From the NCBI GenBank assembly GCA_031554075.1, contig JAVBKJ010000110.1, positions 1 to 36,082 on the forward strand: a stretch of DNA of 36,082 nucleotides. The letters are read 5' to 3'. Position numbers and translations under genes: made by a program. The notes beneath the pieces were generated by a model. That model had not been told where the DNA came from and did no database searches. It saw nothing but the letters and a program-made list of their open reading frames with translations. The stretch is from Oscillospiraceae bacterium. Its GTDB lineage: Bacteria; Bacillota; Clostridia; Oscillospirales; UBA929. This document shows positions 35,993 to 36,082 of this stretch, in pieces; positions within the stretch are counted from its first letter, which is position 1; each line of letters begins with the position of its first letter.

Positions 35993-36082
35993 CTGGGTGC
36001 TGCATATTAACGACGGTGCAATCACACCGTTATGAATTACACGCTAGTACTTTCTTGCCTTTAAAATACAACATAAGCCTAT

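Noticed and set aside
1-36082. CRISPR arrays, rRNA genes, IS elements, integrases and prophage modules
   Set aside because: I looked for regularly spaced repeats and for transposase- or integrase-like translations on both strands. I found none.

Overview
This is a chromosomal window from what looks like a spore-forming Firmicute of the class Clostridia. The evidence for that is spoVAC, hcp, Gram-positive-type Shine-Dalgarno (SD) sites and roughly 50-60% G+C in core genes. I call about 27 coding regions.

Gene content, left to right:
- tRNA-Val(GAC) with its own promoter and terminator
- a dCache/HAMP methyl-accepting chemotaxis protein
- hybrid-cluster protein Hcp
- a DUF3810-like HEXXH membrane protein
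- a solitary spoVAC
- an AI-2E family transporter
- trxB followed by an amidohydrolase
- a Cache-HAMP-GGDEF-EAL protein convergent with a bacteriohemerythrin
- exonuclease III
- an oppBCDFA peptide ABC operon
- a guaA-like gene
- an AT-rich single-gene insert encoding a P63C-domain protein
- a PfkB sugar kinase
- a 9-kb signalling cluster: a hybrid histidine kinase with two receivers and an Hpt domain, a decayed Phd/ParE toxin-antitoxin pair, a MalT-like STAND-LuxR regulator, a LytTR regulator with a degenerate receiver, and a stand-alone Hpt-PAS protein
- a HelD-like UvrD-family helicase

I saw no rRNA, CRISPR array, integrase or transposase.

Observations most worth a second look:
1. The OppA-type binding protein is circularly permuted. 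The canonical C-terminal module sits directly after the lipoprotein signal, ahead of the canonical N-terminal module.
2. A GC-rich, helix-dense, non-coding block lies next to tRNA-Val inside a gene-free region of about 1 kb. It is a candidate large structured RNA.
3. The GuaA homologue has lost the catalytic core of its glutaminase domain.
4. The P63C gene is a low-GC single-gene insert at the guaA 3' end and carries its own consensus promoter.
5. The signalling cluster has no canonical phospho-accepting output regulator.
6. A candidate ~80-nt minus-strand sRNA sits between two plus-strand genes.
7. Several unusually long perfect palindromes occur in promoter and intergenic regions.

All product calls rest on my own recognition of motifs in the translations. 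No database search was run.
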